64,000 bases of DNA from a candidate division FCPU426 bacterium (lineage in GTDB: Bacteria; Oederibacteriota; Muellerivitia; Muellerivitales; Muellerivitaceae): assembly GCA_963719085.1 (NCBI GenBank), contig CAVRAL010000004.1, positions 1,223,078 through 1,287,077 on the forward strand, read 5' to 3'. The position numbers and the translations under genes were made by a program. This document shows, in pieces, positions 8,972 through 19,262 of this stretch. The notes under the pieces are model-generated. The model saw only the letters and a program-made list of their open reading frames with translations, had not been told where the DNA came from and did no database searches. Position 1 is the first letter of the stretch. Each line of letters starts with the position of its first letter.

Positions 8972-10507
8972 TCATTCGGGCCGGGCGGGCCCCAACTTGG
9001 GAATCTTGTAAAGCGCCAGGGCCAAGGCCTTTCGCTCGGCGTGGTTGACGATGGGAGCGGGGTAACCGGCGGGGCGGTTCAAGCCTTCCGGGGCGTGGAT
9101 GGCCTTTGAATCAAGGCCGGCCAATTCAGGCACATACTCCCTTATATAGTGGCCTTCGGGATCAAATCTTTCGCTTTGAAGCTTGGGGTTAAAGACCCGA
9201 AAGTAAGGTTGGGGGTCGCAGCCGGTGGAGGCCGCCCATTGCCAGCCGCCGTTGTTGGGGGCCAGGTCCCCATCCAGCAAAGTTTCCATGAAATACTTCT
9301 CGCCCCAGCGCCAATCAATGAGCAGGTCTTTGGTCAAAAAAGAAGCGACGATCATCCGGACCCGGTTGTGCATCCAGCCGGTCTTTTTCAATTGGCGCAT
9401 GCCCGCGTCCACGATTGGATAGCCGGTTTTGCCTTCTTTCCAAGCCGCGAAATAATCCTTCCGGTTTTCCCACTTGAGGTTTTTATATTTTTCCAGGAAA
9501 GCCTCTTTTTCAACCCGGGGGCAGTGGTAAAGGATGTGGTAATAAAACTCCCGCCAAACCACCTCCATTAAAAAACGCGCGGGTCCGCCGGGCGCTTGGA
9601 ACTTTTCCCCGGCCAAGTCCATCTCGCCCAGGGCCAGGGCCGTCGTCAGCGATCCATTTTTAAAGTAAAGGCTCATCTTCGAGGTGCCGTCCTGCCCGGG
9701 GAAATCCCGGTCTTTGGAATAAGCGCCCAAGTGTTTTTTAAAAGCTTTCAGGCGCTCCAGCGCCGCCAGGGTCCCGGCGGGGGGGATGGGAACCGTCACT
9801 TTTTTTGAATTTTCTTCCGCCACCCGGTTGAAATGGTCTTTGACGGGACAGGCGCCGCCAAAAAGTTTGTCCCAGGTGAGGCTGAATAATTTGGGGGTTT
9901 CCCCCTGGGCCCGGGCCCGCAGATACTTTAAGGCCTGCTTTTGGGAGGAGACCCTTTGGCGCATCCGGTCGGATTGGAACAAGGCGAACCAGCGTTTGGC
10001 AAAGGGGGTATAGATCTGATAGTAGGAGCCGGGAGCCTCATCCTTGAAAATTTCGGAAGGCTCGATCAGCAGATGGTCCCGTTCGGTATGGACGGTCATG
10101 CCTAATTCTTTCGATAAAAAGCCGGTCATGGCCTTGTCCCGCTCCCGGGCGAAGGGCTCATAGTCCCGGTTAAAAGAGACGGTGGCGGGCAAGGGAATGG
10201 CTTTTTTTCTCAAGGCCTTCACCAGTTGATCGAAGCCTTCCTTTGGTCCCTGGTCCAAAACAATCAAGTCGCCTCCGGTTTGCCTAAGTTCTTTCTTTAG
10301 CTCTTTTAGGTTTTCCAAGAAAAAGGCAAACCGGTTATGGGAAAAATCGGGGCGGGATAGAAACTTGGAATCAAAACAAAAGACACCCAGAACCCGGCCC
10401 TGGTGTTCTTTCCAGCTCCATTGAAGCGAGGGATTCCCGGCCACCCGAAGGTCCCGGCGAAACCAATGAAGGCCATAGGATGGGGTGGACACGAGGGCTC
10501 CGATCAA
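8972..10507 (-). CDS. phrB: Deoxyribodipyrimidine photolyase (class I CPD photolyase/cryptochrome family); start uncertain
   Basis: WFRRDLR, WREFY, GKTGYPIVDAGMRQL..TGWMHNRVRMIVASFLTKDL, NNGGWQW, PYFRVFNP. Confidence 0.93.
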   Translation of the reverse strand: MIGALVSTPSYGLHWFRRDLRVAGNPSLQWSWKEHQGRVLGVFCFDSKFLSRPDFSHNRFAFFLENLKELKKELRQTGGDLIVLDQGPKEGFDQLVKALRKKAIPLPATVSFNRDYEPFARERDKAMTGFLSKELGMTVHTERDHLLIEPSEIFKDEAPGSYYQIYTPFAKRWFALFQSDRMRQRVSSQKQALKYLRARAQGETPKLFSLTWDKLFGGACPVKDHFNRVAEENSKKVTVPIPPAGTLAALERLKAFKKHLGAYSKDRDFPGQDGTSKMSLYFKNGSLTTALALGEMDLAGEKFQAPGGPARFLMEVVWREFYYHILYHCPRVEKEAFLEKYKNLKWENRKDYFAAWKEGKTGYPIVDAGMRQLKKTGWMHNRVRMIVASFLTKDLLIDWRWGEKYFMETLLDGDLAPNNGGWQWAASTGCDPQPYFRVFNPKLQSERFDPEGHYIREYVPELAGLDSKAIHAPEGLNRPAGYPAPIVNHAERKALALALYKIPKLGPARPE

Positions 10508-10630
10508 GTGACCGCCGATTTTAACCTTTGCCTCCGGCGGAAGGCAATTGGGCCAGCCCGTTGTAGCCCAAAAAAGGAGATGTTACACTAGTTCAGCTTC
10601 AATCCTGACCCGCTTATATAGAAAGCTCCC

Positions 10631-11809
10631 ATGTCCAAAGTCTATCTCGATCACGCCGCCACCACGCCCCTGGATGAGAAGGTCTTGGAAGCCATGCTTC
10701 CTTACTTAAAAGAGGAATTCGGCAATCCTTCCAGCGTCCACGCTTACGGCCGGGAAGCCCGCGCCGCCATTGAAAGGGCCCGGGAAAAGGTCGCCTTCAC
10801 CCTGAACGCGGACCTGAAAGAAATCGTCTTCACCAGCGGCGGCACCGAAAGCGTCAACGCGGTGCATAAGGGCGTGGCTTACGCCAGCCACGGCAAGGCC
10901 CGGCATTTTGTTATTTCCGCCATCGAGCACAGCTGTGTTTTGGAAACGGCCGAATGGCTGACCAACCAGGGTTTCCCCGTGACGGTCGTGGGCTGCAACG
11001 CCGAAGGCTGGGTCGACCCGAAAGAGGTCCAAAAGGCCATTCGGCCCGGGGAAACCCGCATGATCTCCATTATGGCCGTCAACAATGAGGTGGGAACCCT
11101 CCAGCCGGTGCGGGAAATCGGCAAGCTGGCCCGCGAGCAGGGCATTCTTTTTCACACCGACGCCGTGCAGGCTTACGGCAAAATCCCCTTGGATGTCCAA
11201 AAGGACTACATCGATTTTCTCTCGGTGTCGGGCCACAAAATTTACGGGCCCAAGGGCTCGGGCTTTTTTTACCACCGCCGGGGCCTGGACCTGGTGCCCT
11301 TGATCCACGGCGGCGGCCAGGAAAAGGACCGGCGGGGAGGGACGGAGAATGTGGCCGCCATCGTGGGGATGGCCGAGGCCGCTTGGATGATTTGCAACGA
11401 CCGAGCGGAGCACGCCCGCCTGACGGCCTTGAGCGAGCTGTTTCTGGCGGAACTGGGAAAAAGCCTGCCGAAGTTTAAACTCAATGGACCCGAGCGGGCC
11501 GAGCGCCGTTTGCCCGGTCTTTTGAACATCACCATTGAAGGCATTGAGGGCGAAAGCCTGGTCCACAGTTTGGATTCCAAGGGGTTCGCGGTTTCGTCGG
11601 GAGCCGCCTGCGCGGCCGGTTCGGCCCCTCCCTCCCACGTATTGGTGGCCATGGGACGCACCCCGAAAGAAGCCAAGCAAGGCCTGCGCTTAAGCTTCGG
11701 CCGCTCCACCGGCGAAACCCAAGTGAAGTTATTGGTGAATGTGCTCCCGGAGATCGTGGAACAGTTGAGGAAAATGGCATCTTTCTTTGACGAGGACCCC
11801 TCCAAATAA
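10631..11809 (+). CDS. iscS: Cysteine desulfurase (IscS/NifS family)
   Basis: YLDHAATTP, FTSGGTE, SGHKIYGPKG, SSGAAC catalytic Cys. Confidence 0.93.
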   Translation: MSKVYLDHAATTPLDEKVLEAMLPYLKEEFGNPSSVHAYGREARAAIERAREKVAFTLNADLKEIVFTSGGTESVNAVHKGVAYASHGKARHFVISAIEHSCVLETAEWLTNQGFPVTVVGCNAEGWVDPKEVQKAIRPGETRMISIMAVNNEVGTLQPVREIGKLAREQGILFHTDAVQAYGKIPLDVQKDYIDFLSVSGHKIYGPKGSGFFYHRRGLDLVPLIHGGGQEKDRRGGTENVAAIVGMAEAAWMICNDRAEHARLTALSELFLAELGKSLPKFKLNGPERAERRLPGLLNITIEGIEGESLVHSLDSKGFAVSSGAACAAGSAPPSHVLVAMGRTPKEAKQGLRLSFGRSTGETQVKLLVNVLPEIVEQLRKMASFFDEDPSK

Positions 11810-11834
11810 AAATTTAATCGAGGGGGGGCCGAAG

Positions 11835-11891
11835 CCCCCGCCATGTGTGACGATTCACGGAATATCTTGCCCGTGAATCGTCTGGCGGGGG
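11835..11891. repeat. GC-rich extragenic palindrome downstream of iscS
   Basis: cccccgcca/tggcggggg and gacgattcacgg/ccgtgaatcgtc arms. Confidence 0.65.
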
Positions 11892-11995
11892 AAGCTGGCG
11901 GGACGCGCCGATTTTTAACTTTATAAATCGACATTATTTCGATCTCTTTGACTGGTTTATATGAAATCGGAATAGGGCGATTCCGTTAACGCTTA

Positions 11996-12078
11996 CCCCT
12001 CACCCTGGCCCTCTCCCTCAAGGGGAGAGGGAAGATTCGTTAAAATTTAAGCCTTCAAAGAAGGTGCGGGGCGAGGGA
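11996..12078. repeat. REP-like element of the ccctcaccc..ccctctccc-N-gggagaggg type with a degenerate inverted partner
   Basis: cccctcaccctggccctctccctcaaggggagaggg at 11996-12031; aaggtgcggggcgaggg near 12061-12077. Confidence 0.65.
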
Positions 12079-12205
12079 TTTCGATTTAAAATATGGCCCC
12101 AGTGGACATCCAGGAATTGGTTCAACCCAAGACTGATTTTTCATCGGCGTTCATCAGAATTTATCAATGCAAAATGGGTTTTATTAAAGAAAGGTTTCCA
12201 AGTCC

Positions 12206-13870
12206 TTGTTCCCTAAAAAGCTGAGTTTCAAAATCGGTTTTTTCCTGGCCCTTTCGATCCTGATCATCGAGGCTTTGGTCATCTTTTCCACCGTGTTCCA
12301 GGAAAAGAACAAGCAGATTGACCAGAAGGTGGAACTGCTCAACCTGGTCACCCAAGCCCTGCAGGGGGATTTCACCCGGTCGATCCAGCATTCCCACTTC
12401 CTTTTACTTTCGGACACCCTGACCGAGATCACCCAGCAGTTCGGCGCCAGCTCGCTGATCCTTTTTGACGCCCATGGCAAGATCCTGGTTTTTGAAAAAC
12501 CCGATCCGGACGCCAATCCGGAAACCTCGGACCTGAGGACCGAGCTCATTAAGGCCAGCGTCCACAAAAAGCCCGAAGTCTCGGTGTTGAAGTCGGTTTC
12601 GGGCATCACCCTGCGCTACGTGAACGCCGTGCGCGACGCCAACGGCCAGTTGGTGGCCGGGTTGGCCGTGGAAATTCCCATGAGCGTGGTGAATGAGGCC
12701 GTGGGCGCCTACGTGCTGAAAAGCGTGGGCTGGGTGCTTTTGATCGTCTTGGGCGTGACCGGCTTTTTTATCTACGTGATGATCCGGCTGGTGGTGAACC
12801 CCATCAACGAAATGAAGGCGGAGCTCATCGCCGTGGCCAAGGGCGAGGGGGATTTGACCCACCGCATCAAGGTGCGCTCCAAGGATGAGATCGGCCAGAT
12901 GGCCGATTGGTTCAACGCCTTCATCGACAAGATCCGCGACATGGTGTCGGTCATCCAAAACCACTCGGAGCATCTCAATGAGGAAGTGCAGGGCATCACG
13001 CACTCCACGGCGGAGGTGAGCGCCATGAGCGATGACATGGCCACCACCATCCAGCAGATCGCCAAGGGCGCGGAAGAACAAGCCGCCAAGATCGCCGACG
13101 TCCATCACTTGATGCAGGAAATGCAGGAGAGCATGAAGGCCGTGGAGCAAAAGGCCCGGGAGACCGCGGGCTCGGCCGACCAAGCCACCCAAACCGCGCA
13201 GGCCGGCGGGCGCATGGTGCAGGAAACCATCCAAAAGATGGTGGACTTGAACGAGACCATCTTGAGCAACTCCACGCTGGTGCACCACCTGGGGGAAAAG
13301 AGCCAGCAGATTTCCCGGGTGGTGGATATTATTTCCGGGATCGCCGAGCAGACGAATCTTTTGTCCTTGAACGCCGCCATCGAGGCGGCCCGCGCCGGGG
13401 AACAGGGCAAGGGTTTCGCCGTGGTGGCCGAAGAAATCCGCGCGCTGGCCGACGGGGCCAGCAAGGCTTCCCATGAGATCGAGGACCTGGTCCAACAGAT
13501 CCAAGACCAAACGCAGGACACCGTGCGGTCCATGGAAAAAAGCGCCCAGGAAGCCGAGCAAAGCCGAGGCGGCATCCGGGTCATGGGCGATGCCTTGAAC
13601 GACATCATCCGGGTGATTGAGGAAGTGGAAAGCCAAAGCCGCGCCATTACGGAGCTCATGGCCCAGCAGACCCAGCGTTACAACCTGATCGTGAACGGCA
13701 TCCAAGACATCAACGCCGTGTCGGAAGAATCCGCCGCTTCCACCGAGGAAGTCTCGGCCAGCACCGAGGAACAAACCGCCAGCATGGAACAAGTGACCGC
13801 CACCTGCCGGGAATTGGCCCAAATGGCGCAAAACATGAAAATGATGGTGGAAAAGTTTAAGGTGAAGTAG
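12206..13870 (+). CDS. Methyl-accepting chemotaxis protein (TM-sensor-TM-HAMP-MA)
   Basis: [52 protein letters not shown]. Confidence 0.95.
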   Translation: MFPKKLSFKIGFFLALSILIIEALVIFSTVFQEKNKQIDQKVELLNLVTQALQGDFTRSIQHSHFLLLSDTLTEITQQFGASSLILFDAHGKILVFEKPDPDANPETSDLRTELIKASVHKKPEVSVLKSVSGITLRYVNAVRDANGQLVAGLAVEIPMSVVNEAVGAYVLKSVGWVLLIVLGVTGFFIYVMIRLVVNPINEMKAELIAVAKGEGDLTHRIKVRSKDEIGQMADWFNAFIDKIRDMVSVIQNHSEHLNEEVQGITHSTAEVSAMSDDMATTIQQIAKGAEEQAAKIADVHHLMQEMQESMKAVEQKARETAGSADQATQTAQAGGRMVQETIQKMVDLNETILSNSTLVHHLGEKSQQISRVVDIISGIAEQTNLLSLNAAIEAARAGEQGKGFAVVAEEIRALADGASKASHEIEDLVQQIQDQTQDTVRSMEKSAQEAEQSRGGIRVMGDALNDIIRVIEEVESQSRAITELMAQQTQRYNLIVNGIQDINAVSEESAASTEEVSASTEEQTASMEQVTATCRELAQMAQNMKMMVEKFKVK

Positions 13871-13884
13871 CTTCGCGATTTAGA

Positions 13885-14041
13885 TGTCATTGCGCGGAGC
13901 GTCTTTCATTGGTTTAAGCGACAAAGCAATCTCAGTTTATGAGTAGCCTTCAATCAGCTTTTTGAAGTTGCTTTGTTATAAAGCGAAAACAACCCATAAA
14001 CTGGGATTGCCGCGTCGCAAAGTCCGCTCCTCGCAATGACA
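13885..14041. repeat. Complete palindromic element of the gtcattgcg...gcaatc / gattgc...cgcaatgac type (non-autonomous, GIY-YIG-associated)
   Basis: Terminal IR tgtcattgcg/cgcaatgaca; inner IR gcaatctcagtttatg/cataaactgggattgc; left arm repeated at 15504. Confidence 0.8.
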
Positions 14042-14172
14042 AATCAACCCGAACCTAAGATTTGCCGATAAAAGTTACTTATAGTTACCGTGATTAGCCA
14101 TTGATTTCCGGGCGTTCCCTCCGTTAAATATTTCCCTCTAGACGTGAAATTACCGACCTAAAGAGGCCTGCC

Positions 14173-15489
14173 ATGTCCCAGCCGATTTCCCTCGATTTAA
14201 GCTATATCCACGAGTTGGTTTCCGAAAAAGAACTGATGGACGCCCGCCCCAAGGCCGAGGCCGCCCTGAAGACCCTGCTGGAGCACAAGGGCCGGGGCAG
14301 TGATTATTTGGGCTGGATCAACCTGCCGCTGGACGTTGAGAAACAATTGGCCGCCCTTCAAAAGACCGCCGCGGAACTGGCGAAGTTTGACGCCGTCATT
14401 TGCGTCGGCATCGGCGGGTCCTACTTGGGCGCCCGGGCCACCATCGAGGCTTTAGGCAAGGGCCAACCGGAGATCCATTACCTGGGCAACCACTTGTCCT
14501 CGACGACTTACGTGGACCTAATGGAAAAGCTCAAGGACAAGTCGGTCGGCATCTACGTCATTTCCAAATCCGGAACCACGACCGAGCCGGCGGTGGCTTT
14601 TCGTCTGCTGAAGACTTGGATGGAAAAAAAGGTCGGCAAGGCGGAGGCGAAGAAACATATCGTGGCCATCACGGACGAGTCCAAAGGCGCCTTGAAGACC
14701 CTGGCCGACGCCGAAGGCTATCCCAGCTACGTGATTCCCGACGATGTGGGCGGCCGCTACTCCGTCTTGACGCCGGTGGGGCTTCTTCCCATCGCCTCGG
14801 CGGGCGTGGACATCGCCCAGTTATTGAAGGGCGCCCAAGTGGCGATGAGGGACGGCGCCTCGACGGATTGGAACGTGAACCTGTCGCTTCGCTACGCGGC
14901 GGCCCGCCAGCTTCTTTATCAAAAGGGAAAAACCATCGAGGTCTTGGCGAACTTCCGGCCCGACTTTCATTACATCAGCGAGTGGTGGAAACAGCTGTAC
15001 GGGGAGTCCGAGGGCAAAGAGGGCAAAGGCGCGTTCCCCGCGTCGGTGGATTTAACGACCGACCTTCACAGCATGGGCCAGTATTTACAGGAAGGCCGCC
15101 GCGACTTGTACGAAACCATTTTGTGGGTGGCGAAAGAAGCCAAAGACATTCTCGTCCCCTCCGACCCGGAGGACCGGGAAGGCCTTAACTTTTTGGCGGG
15201 CAAGCCCCTGGCTTGGGTCAATGAGCAGGCGATGAAGGCCACCGCTTTGGCGCACAAGGACGGCGGACTGCCGGTGATGCGCGTCACGCTCAACCAGCTC
15301 GACGCTTTCACGCTCGGCTATCTTTATTATTTTTTCGAGATGGCCTGCGGCATCTCAGGAACTATGCTTGGCATTAATCCTTTCGACCAACCGGGCGTGG
15401 AGGCTTACAAAAAAAATATGTTCGCCTTGCTCGGTAAAAAGGGGTATGAACCCCTTCTTGCCGAATTACGGGCGAAGGGTGTTGAGTAA
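14173..15489 (+). CDS. pgi: Glucose-6-phosphate isomerase
   Basis: GIGGSYLG, SKSGTTTE, VGGRYSV, QLYGESEGK, DLHSMGQ, NPFDQPGVEAYK. Confidence 0.96.
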   Translation: MSQPISLDLSYIHELVSEKELMDARPKAEAALKTLLEHKGRGSDYLGWINLPLDVEKQLAALQKTAAELAKFDAVICVGIGGSYLGARATIEALGKGQPEIHYLGNHLSSTTYVDLMEKLKDKSVGIYVISKSGTTTEPAVAFRLLKTWMEKKVGKAEAKKHIVAITDESKGALKTLADAEGYPSYVIPDDVGGRYSVLTPVGLLPIASAGVDIAQLLKGAQVAMRDGASTDWNVNLSLRYAAARQLLYQKGKTIEVLANFRPDFHYISEWWKQLYGESEGKEGKGAFPASVDLTTDLHSMGQYLQEGRRDLYETILWVAKEAKDILVPSDPEDREGLNFLAGKPLAWVNEQAMKATALAHKDGGLPVMRVTLNQLDAFTLGYLYYFFEMACGISGTMLGINPFDQPGVEAYKKNMFALLGKKGYEPLLAELRAKGVE

Positions 15490-15503
15490 GCCTGTTCGTC
15501 ATC

Positions 15504-15560
15504 TGTCGTTGCGAGGAGCGTCTTTCATAGGTGTTAGCGACGAAGCAATCCCAGTTGATG
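15504..15560 (+). repeat. Left arm of the same palindromic element, abutting the GIY-YIG gene
   Basis: tgtcgttgcgaggagcgtctttcat...agcgacgaagcaatcccagtt, a close copy of 13885-13940. Confidence 0.8.
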
Positions 15561-15567
15561 GTGGTCC

Positions 15568-15849
15568 ATGCCTTTTTACGTCTATATCACTACGACTAAA
15601 TCAAACAAGGTCCTTTATACGGGCATGACTCGCGACCTGGGTCGGAGGATCCGGGAACATTGTTCGATGAAAAAGAACGGGTTCACCCAACGCTACGAGG
15701 TGAATAAATTGGTCTATTACGAAGTCTTGGAAACTTCCCAAGCGGCAAGGGAACGCGAAAAACAGATCAAGGCTGGTTCCCGGCAAAAGAAGGTTGATCT
15801 TGTCTGCGGATTTAATCCAAAGTGGGAAGATTTGGGCGGGAGTCTTTAA
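15568..15849 (+). CDS. Small stand-alone GIY-YIG nuclease family protein
   Basis: YVYI...LYTGMT.DL.RR..EH, FTQRY.V.KLVYYE, A..REKQIK, NPKWEDL. Confidence 0.92.
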   Translation: MPFYVYITTTKSNKVLYTGMTRDLGRRIREHCSMKKNGFTQRYEVNKLVYYEVLETSQAAREREKQIKAGSRQKKVDLVCGFNPKWEDLGGSL

Positions 15850-16028
15850 AATGGAAATAATTTTTTGAACAAAAGATGGCTCGGCAAAGGAGCGCCTCGC
15901 CATAACAAAAAGTTCTGTTGAAATTTTACGCAGTTACTTTTTGTTAACTTTTTTTTTACCCGGCTGAGATTTAACACGAACCCATTGAAAAATGGCCCTT
16001 TTCTACCGCTTCGTGAGTCACATTTCCT

Positions 16029-16082
16029 TTGACAACACTAAGGATGGTAGGTTATAAATCCAACACAGACTAAATGTGGGGT
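16029..16082 (+). promoter_or_regulatory. Sigma70 promoter of nrdJ overlapped by two tandem NrdR boxes
   Basis: TTGACA at 16029 and TATAAA at 16053; 16-mers acactaaggatggtag (16035) and agactaaatgtggggt (16067), 32 bp apart, upstream of an RNR gene. Confidence 0.75.
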
Positions 16083-16374
16083 AAAAACCATTATTTATCT
16101 GGTTTTTTTGGCGTCATGGGGAGCTGTGAAGGCGCCAGATCGACAACCTAAGGGGGACCAAAGCCGAACCAACACCGCGAAAGCCAGCCCTAACTACTTG
16201 TCAGCCAGCCTTAAGTTACTGCCTATACCATTCGACAACCCATTTTCCGATCATAAAGATAAGGGCACTCTTGCCCCTAAGGGACTGTTTTCCCTATAGG
16301 ACAGGCGTCACTCTTCAAGGGGTTTTTTCACCCCTGGACCACCTTGATCGGTCATCTATATAGAGGAGGACTTC

Positions 16375-19149
16375 ATGTCCACTAATCCGAACGCTTCGAC
16401 GAAAAGATCATTTGACCGGCCCAACACCTTCACCCGGGACGGTGGATTGAAGATTAAGCGCTATTTCACCAAGAAGGGCGTCCACCCCTTCGAGGACGTG
16501 GAATGGGAATTGCGCTCCGCCACCATCAGCGATGAGAAGGGCAAGGTGATCTTCGAGCAAAAAGACGTCGAGGTACCGAAGGGTTGGTCGCAGACCGCCA
16601 CCAATATCGTGGTATCCAAATATTTCCACGGGCTCATGGGAACCGAAGCCCGGGAGCGTTCCGTCAAGCAGCTGATCCGCCGGGTGGCCGATACCATCTC
16701 GGAGTGGGGCAAAGACATGGGCTATTTCGCCTCCGACGACGACGCGGAGATCTTCCACATGGAACTCACGCATTTGCTCGTTCACCAGAAGATGGCCTTC
16801 AACTCCCCGGTGTGGTTCAACGTCGGCATCGAGGAACGCCCGCAGTGCTCGGCTTGCTTCATCAACAGCGTCTCGGACAGCATGGAATCCATTTTGGACT
16901 TGGCTAAGACCGAGGGCATGCTCTTTAAGTACGGCTCGGGAACGGGCACGAACTTTTCCAACCTGCGTTCTTCCAAAGAAAAGCTCTCGGGCGGCGGCAC
17001 GGCCTCGGGCCCGGTTTCCTTCCTCAAAGGTTTTGACAGCTTCGCCGGCGTCATCAAGTCGGGTGGACGCACGCGCCGCGCGGCCAAGATGGTCATTTTG
17101 GACGCCGATCATCCGGACATCATCGACTTCGTGAAGTCAAAGTCGGATGAAGAGAAAAAAGCTTGGGCCTTGATCGACGCCGGCTATGACGGCGGGTTCA
17201 ACGTGCCGGGCGGGGCTTATGACTCCGTGCAATTCCAAAACGCCAACCACTCGGTGCGCGTGTCGGATGAGTTTATGCAAGCGGCCGCCAACGGCGGCAC
17301 TTGGACCACCAAGGCCCGCAAAGACGGCGCTCCCGTGGATACCTTCCACGCGAAAGATATTTTGCGCATGATCGCCGAATCCACTTGGATCTGCGGCGAC
17401 CCGGGCATGCAATACGACACCATGATCAACAAATGGCACACGTCGAGCAACACGGCCCGCATCAACTCCTCCAACCCCTGCTCCGAATACATGTACCTGG
17501 ATGATTCGGCCTGTAACTTGGCCTCGCTCAACCTCATGAAGTTCCGCAACGGCGAGAGCGAGTTTGATATCGACGCCTTCAAGCACGCGGTCGACATCAC
17601 TATCTTGGCGCAGGAAATCACGGTGGATAACGCCAGCTACCCCACGAAGCCGATCGAGCGTAACAGCCACGATTACCGGCCTTTGGGATTGGGCTACGCC
17701 AACCTGGGCGCGCTTCTCATGTCGCGCGGATTGCCTTATGACGGTGACGAAGGCCGCAACTACGCCGCCGCCATCACCGCTTTGATGCAGGGTGAGGCCA
17801 ACCTCATGTCGTCGCGCATCGCCAAAGAAGTGGGTCCGTTCCAGGGCTATGCCCGCAACCGGGAACCCATGCTCAAGGTCATGAAGATGCACCAAACGGA
17901 GGCCGCTAAGATCAAGCATAACCCCGTGACCGAGGGCCTCTACTTGGCCGCCCAGAAGGTCTGGAAAGAAGTGCAGGATCACGGTAAAGAGTGGGGTTTC
18001 CGCAACGGCCAGGTCAGCGTTTTGGCTCCGACCGGCACCATCGGTTTCATGATGGATTGCGACACCACGGGCGTTGAGCCCGATATCGCCTTGGTCAAAT
18101 ACAAGAAGCTGGTGGGTGGCGGGGTCATCAAGATCGTCAACCAAACCGTGCCCGAGGCGCTTCGTAACCTCAAGTACACCGAGTCGCAAACCGAGGATAT
18201 TTTGGCTTATATCAACGCCCACGACACGATCGAAGGCGCGCCGCATTTGAAAGCCGACCACTTAACCGTGTTCGACTGCGCTTTCAAGCCGTCCAACGGG
18301 ACCCGGTCCATCCACTATATGGGCCACATCCGGATGATGGCGGCGGTTCAGCCCTTCTTGTCGGGCGCGATCTCCAAGACCGTCAATTTGCCGACGGACG
18401 CGACCGTGGAAGACATCATGCAGGCTTATATCGAGTCCTGGAAGTTGGGCCTCAAGGCGGTCGCCATTTACCGCGACGGCTGCAAGCGCTCCCAGCCCTT
18501 GTCGACCAACCTGGATGGCGAAAAGGCCAAGGTTGCCAAGCCGGCGCGCCGGCGCCTGCCGGACGAACGCGAAGCCATTACCCACAAGTTTTCCATCGCG
18601 GGCCACGAGGGTTATATCACCGTGGGTAAGTTCGAGGATGGAACGCCGGGCGAACTCTTTATCTTGATGTCCAAAGAAGGCTCGACGGTTTCGGGGCTCA
18701 TGGACAGCTTCGCCACCGCGATCTCGCTGGCGCTTCAATACGGCGTGCCCTTTAAGGTACTCGTGGATAAGTTCAGCCACAGCCGCTACGAGCCGTCGGG
18801 GATCACGACCAACCCGGAAGTGCGCATTGCCAAGTCGATCACGGACTACATTTTCCGCTGGATGGCCTTGAAGTTCATGCCGAAGGGGGAACGCGGCGCC
18901 GCCGAAATTTCGGACGCTGTTGAGCGCCAAGCGGCCTTGAACAGCGCCTCACCCGCGCAAGCCTCGGCTCCTGCCGCCGCGCCGGCTCCCGTCAAGATGA
19001 CGGAAGCCCCGCAATCGGACGCCGCTGAAAAGCGCATCTTCGTGACCCAGGCGGATGCTCCGCCTTGTCCGGAATGCGGAACCATCATGGTCCGTAACGC
19101 CGCCTGCTATAAGTGTCTCAATTGCGGGTCGACGAGCGGATGCTCTTAA
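16375..19149 (+). CDS. nrdJ: Vitamin B12-dependent (class II) ribonucleotide reductase with C-terminal TSCPD-like domain and Zn ribbon
   Basis: FNSPVWFN, PQCSACFI, SNPCSE, CNLASLNL, APTGTI, GAISKTVN, CPECG...CYKCLNCG.TSGCS. Confidence 0.96.
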   Translation: MSTNPNASTKRSFDRPNTFTRDGGLKIKRYFTKKGVHPFEDVEWELRSATISDEKGKVIFEQKDVEVPKGWSQTATNIVVSKYFHGLMGTEARERSVKQLIRRVADTISEWGKDMGYFASDDDAEIFHMELTHLLVHQKMAFNSPVWFNVGIEERPQCSACFINSVSDSMESILDLAKTEGMLFKYGSGTGTNFSNLRSSKEKLSGGGTASGPVSFLKGFDSFAGVIKSGGRTRRAAKMVILDADHPDIIDFVKSKSDEEKKAWALIDAGYDGGFNVPGGAYDSVQFQNANHSVRVSDEFMQAAANGGTWTTKARKDGAPVDTFHAKDILRMIAESTWICGDPGMQYDTMINKWHTSSNTARINSSNPCSEYMYLDDSACNLASLNLMKFRNGESEFDIDAFKHAVDITILAQEITVDNASYPTKPIERNSHDYRPLGLGYANLGALLMSRGLPYDGDEGRNYAAAITALMQGEANLMSSRIAKEVGPFQGYARNREPMLKVMKMHQTEAAKIKHNPVTEGLYLAAQKVWKEVQDHGKEWGFRNGQVSVLAPTGTIGFMMDCDTTGVEPDIALVKYKKLVGGGVIKIVNQTVPEALRNLKYTESQTEDILAYINAHDTIEGAPHLKADHLTVFDCAFKPSNGTRSIHYMGHIRMMAAVQPFLSGAISKTVNLPTDATVEDIMQAYIESWKLGLKAVAIYRDGCKRSQPLSTNLDGEKAKVAKPARRRLPDEREAITHKFSIAGHEGYITVGKFEDGTPGELFILMSKEGSTVSGLMDSFATAISLALQYGVPFKVLVDKFSHSRYEPSGITTNPEVRIAKSITDYIFRWMALKFMPKGERGAAEISDAVERQAALNSASPAQASAPAAAPAPVKMTEAPQSDAAEKRIFVTQADAPPCPECGTIMVRNAACYKCLNCGSTSGCS

Positions 19150-19208
19150 GAAGAATGTAGAAAGATGTCATTGTCCCTTCTGCAAGTAGGGGCAACCTAA
19201 ATTAGGAC

Positions 19209-19242
19209 AAAGCCTCGCTCCCTGAAGGGGGCGGGGCTTTTT
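19209..19242 (+). terminator. Rho-independent terminator of nrdJ
   Basis: aaagcctcgctccc-tgaa-ggggcggggctttttt-like stem with U tract. Confidence 0.75.
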
Positions 19243-19262
19243 GCAATTTATTAGGAGTAAAT

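Noticed and set aside
12404..13831. 475-aa minus-strand ORF
   Set aside because: Antisense shadow of the MCP
14044..14071. Sigma28-like promoter (tcaa...gccgataa) upstream of pgi
   Set aside because: Good -10 but weak -35 and off spacing; abuts a repeat element and the target gene is implausible
15568..15849. GIY-YIG as a homing endonuclease or intron ORF
   Set aside because: Only 93 aa, no DNA-binding extension, and it interrupts no gene
16083..16374. Cobalamin riboswitch before nrdJ (also sought before the TBDR) and the 63-aa ORF 16108-16299
   Set aside because: No B12-box consensus; the ORF has a TTG start, no RBS and no motifs
16408..18930. Several long minus-strand ORFs
   Set aside because: Antisense to nrdJ; nrdJ itself is continuous, with no intein or intron visible
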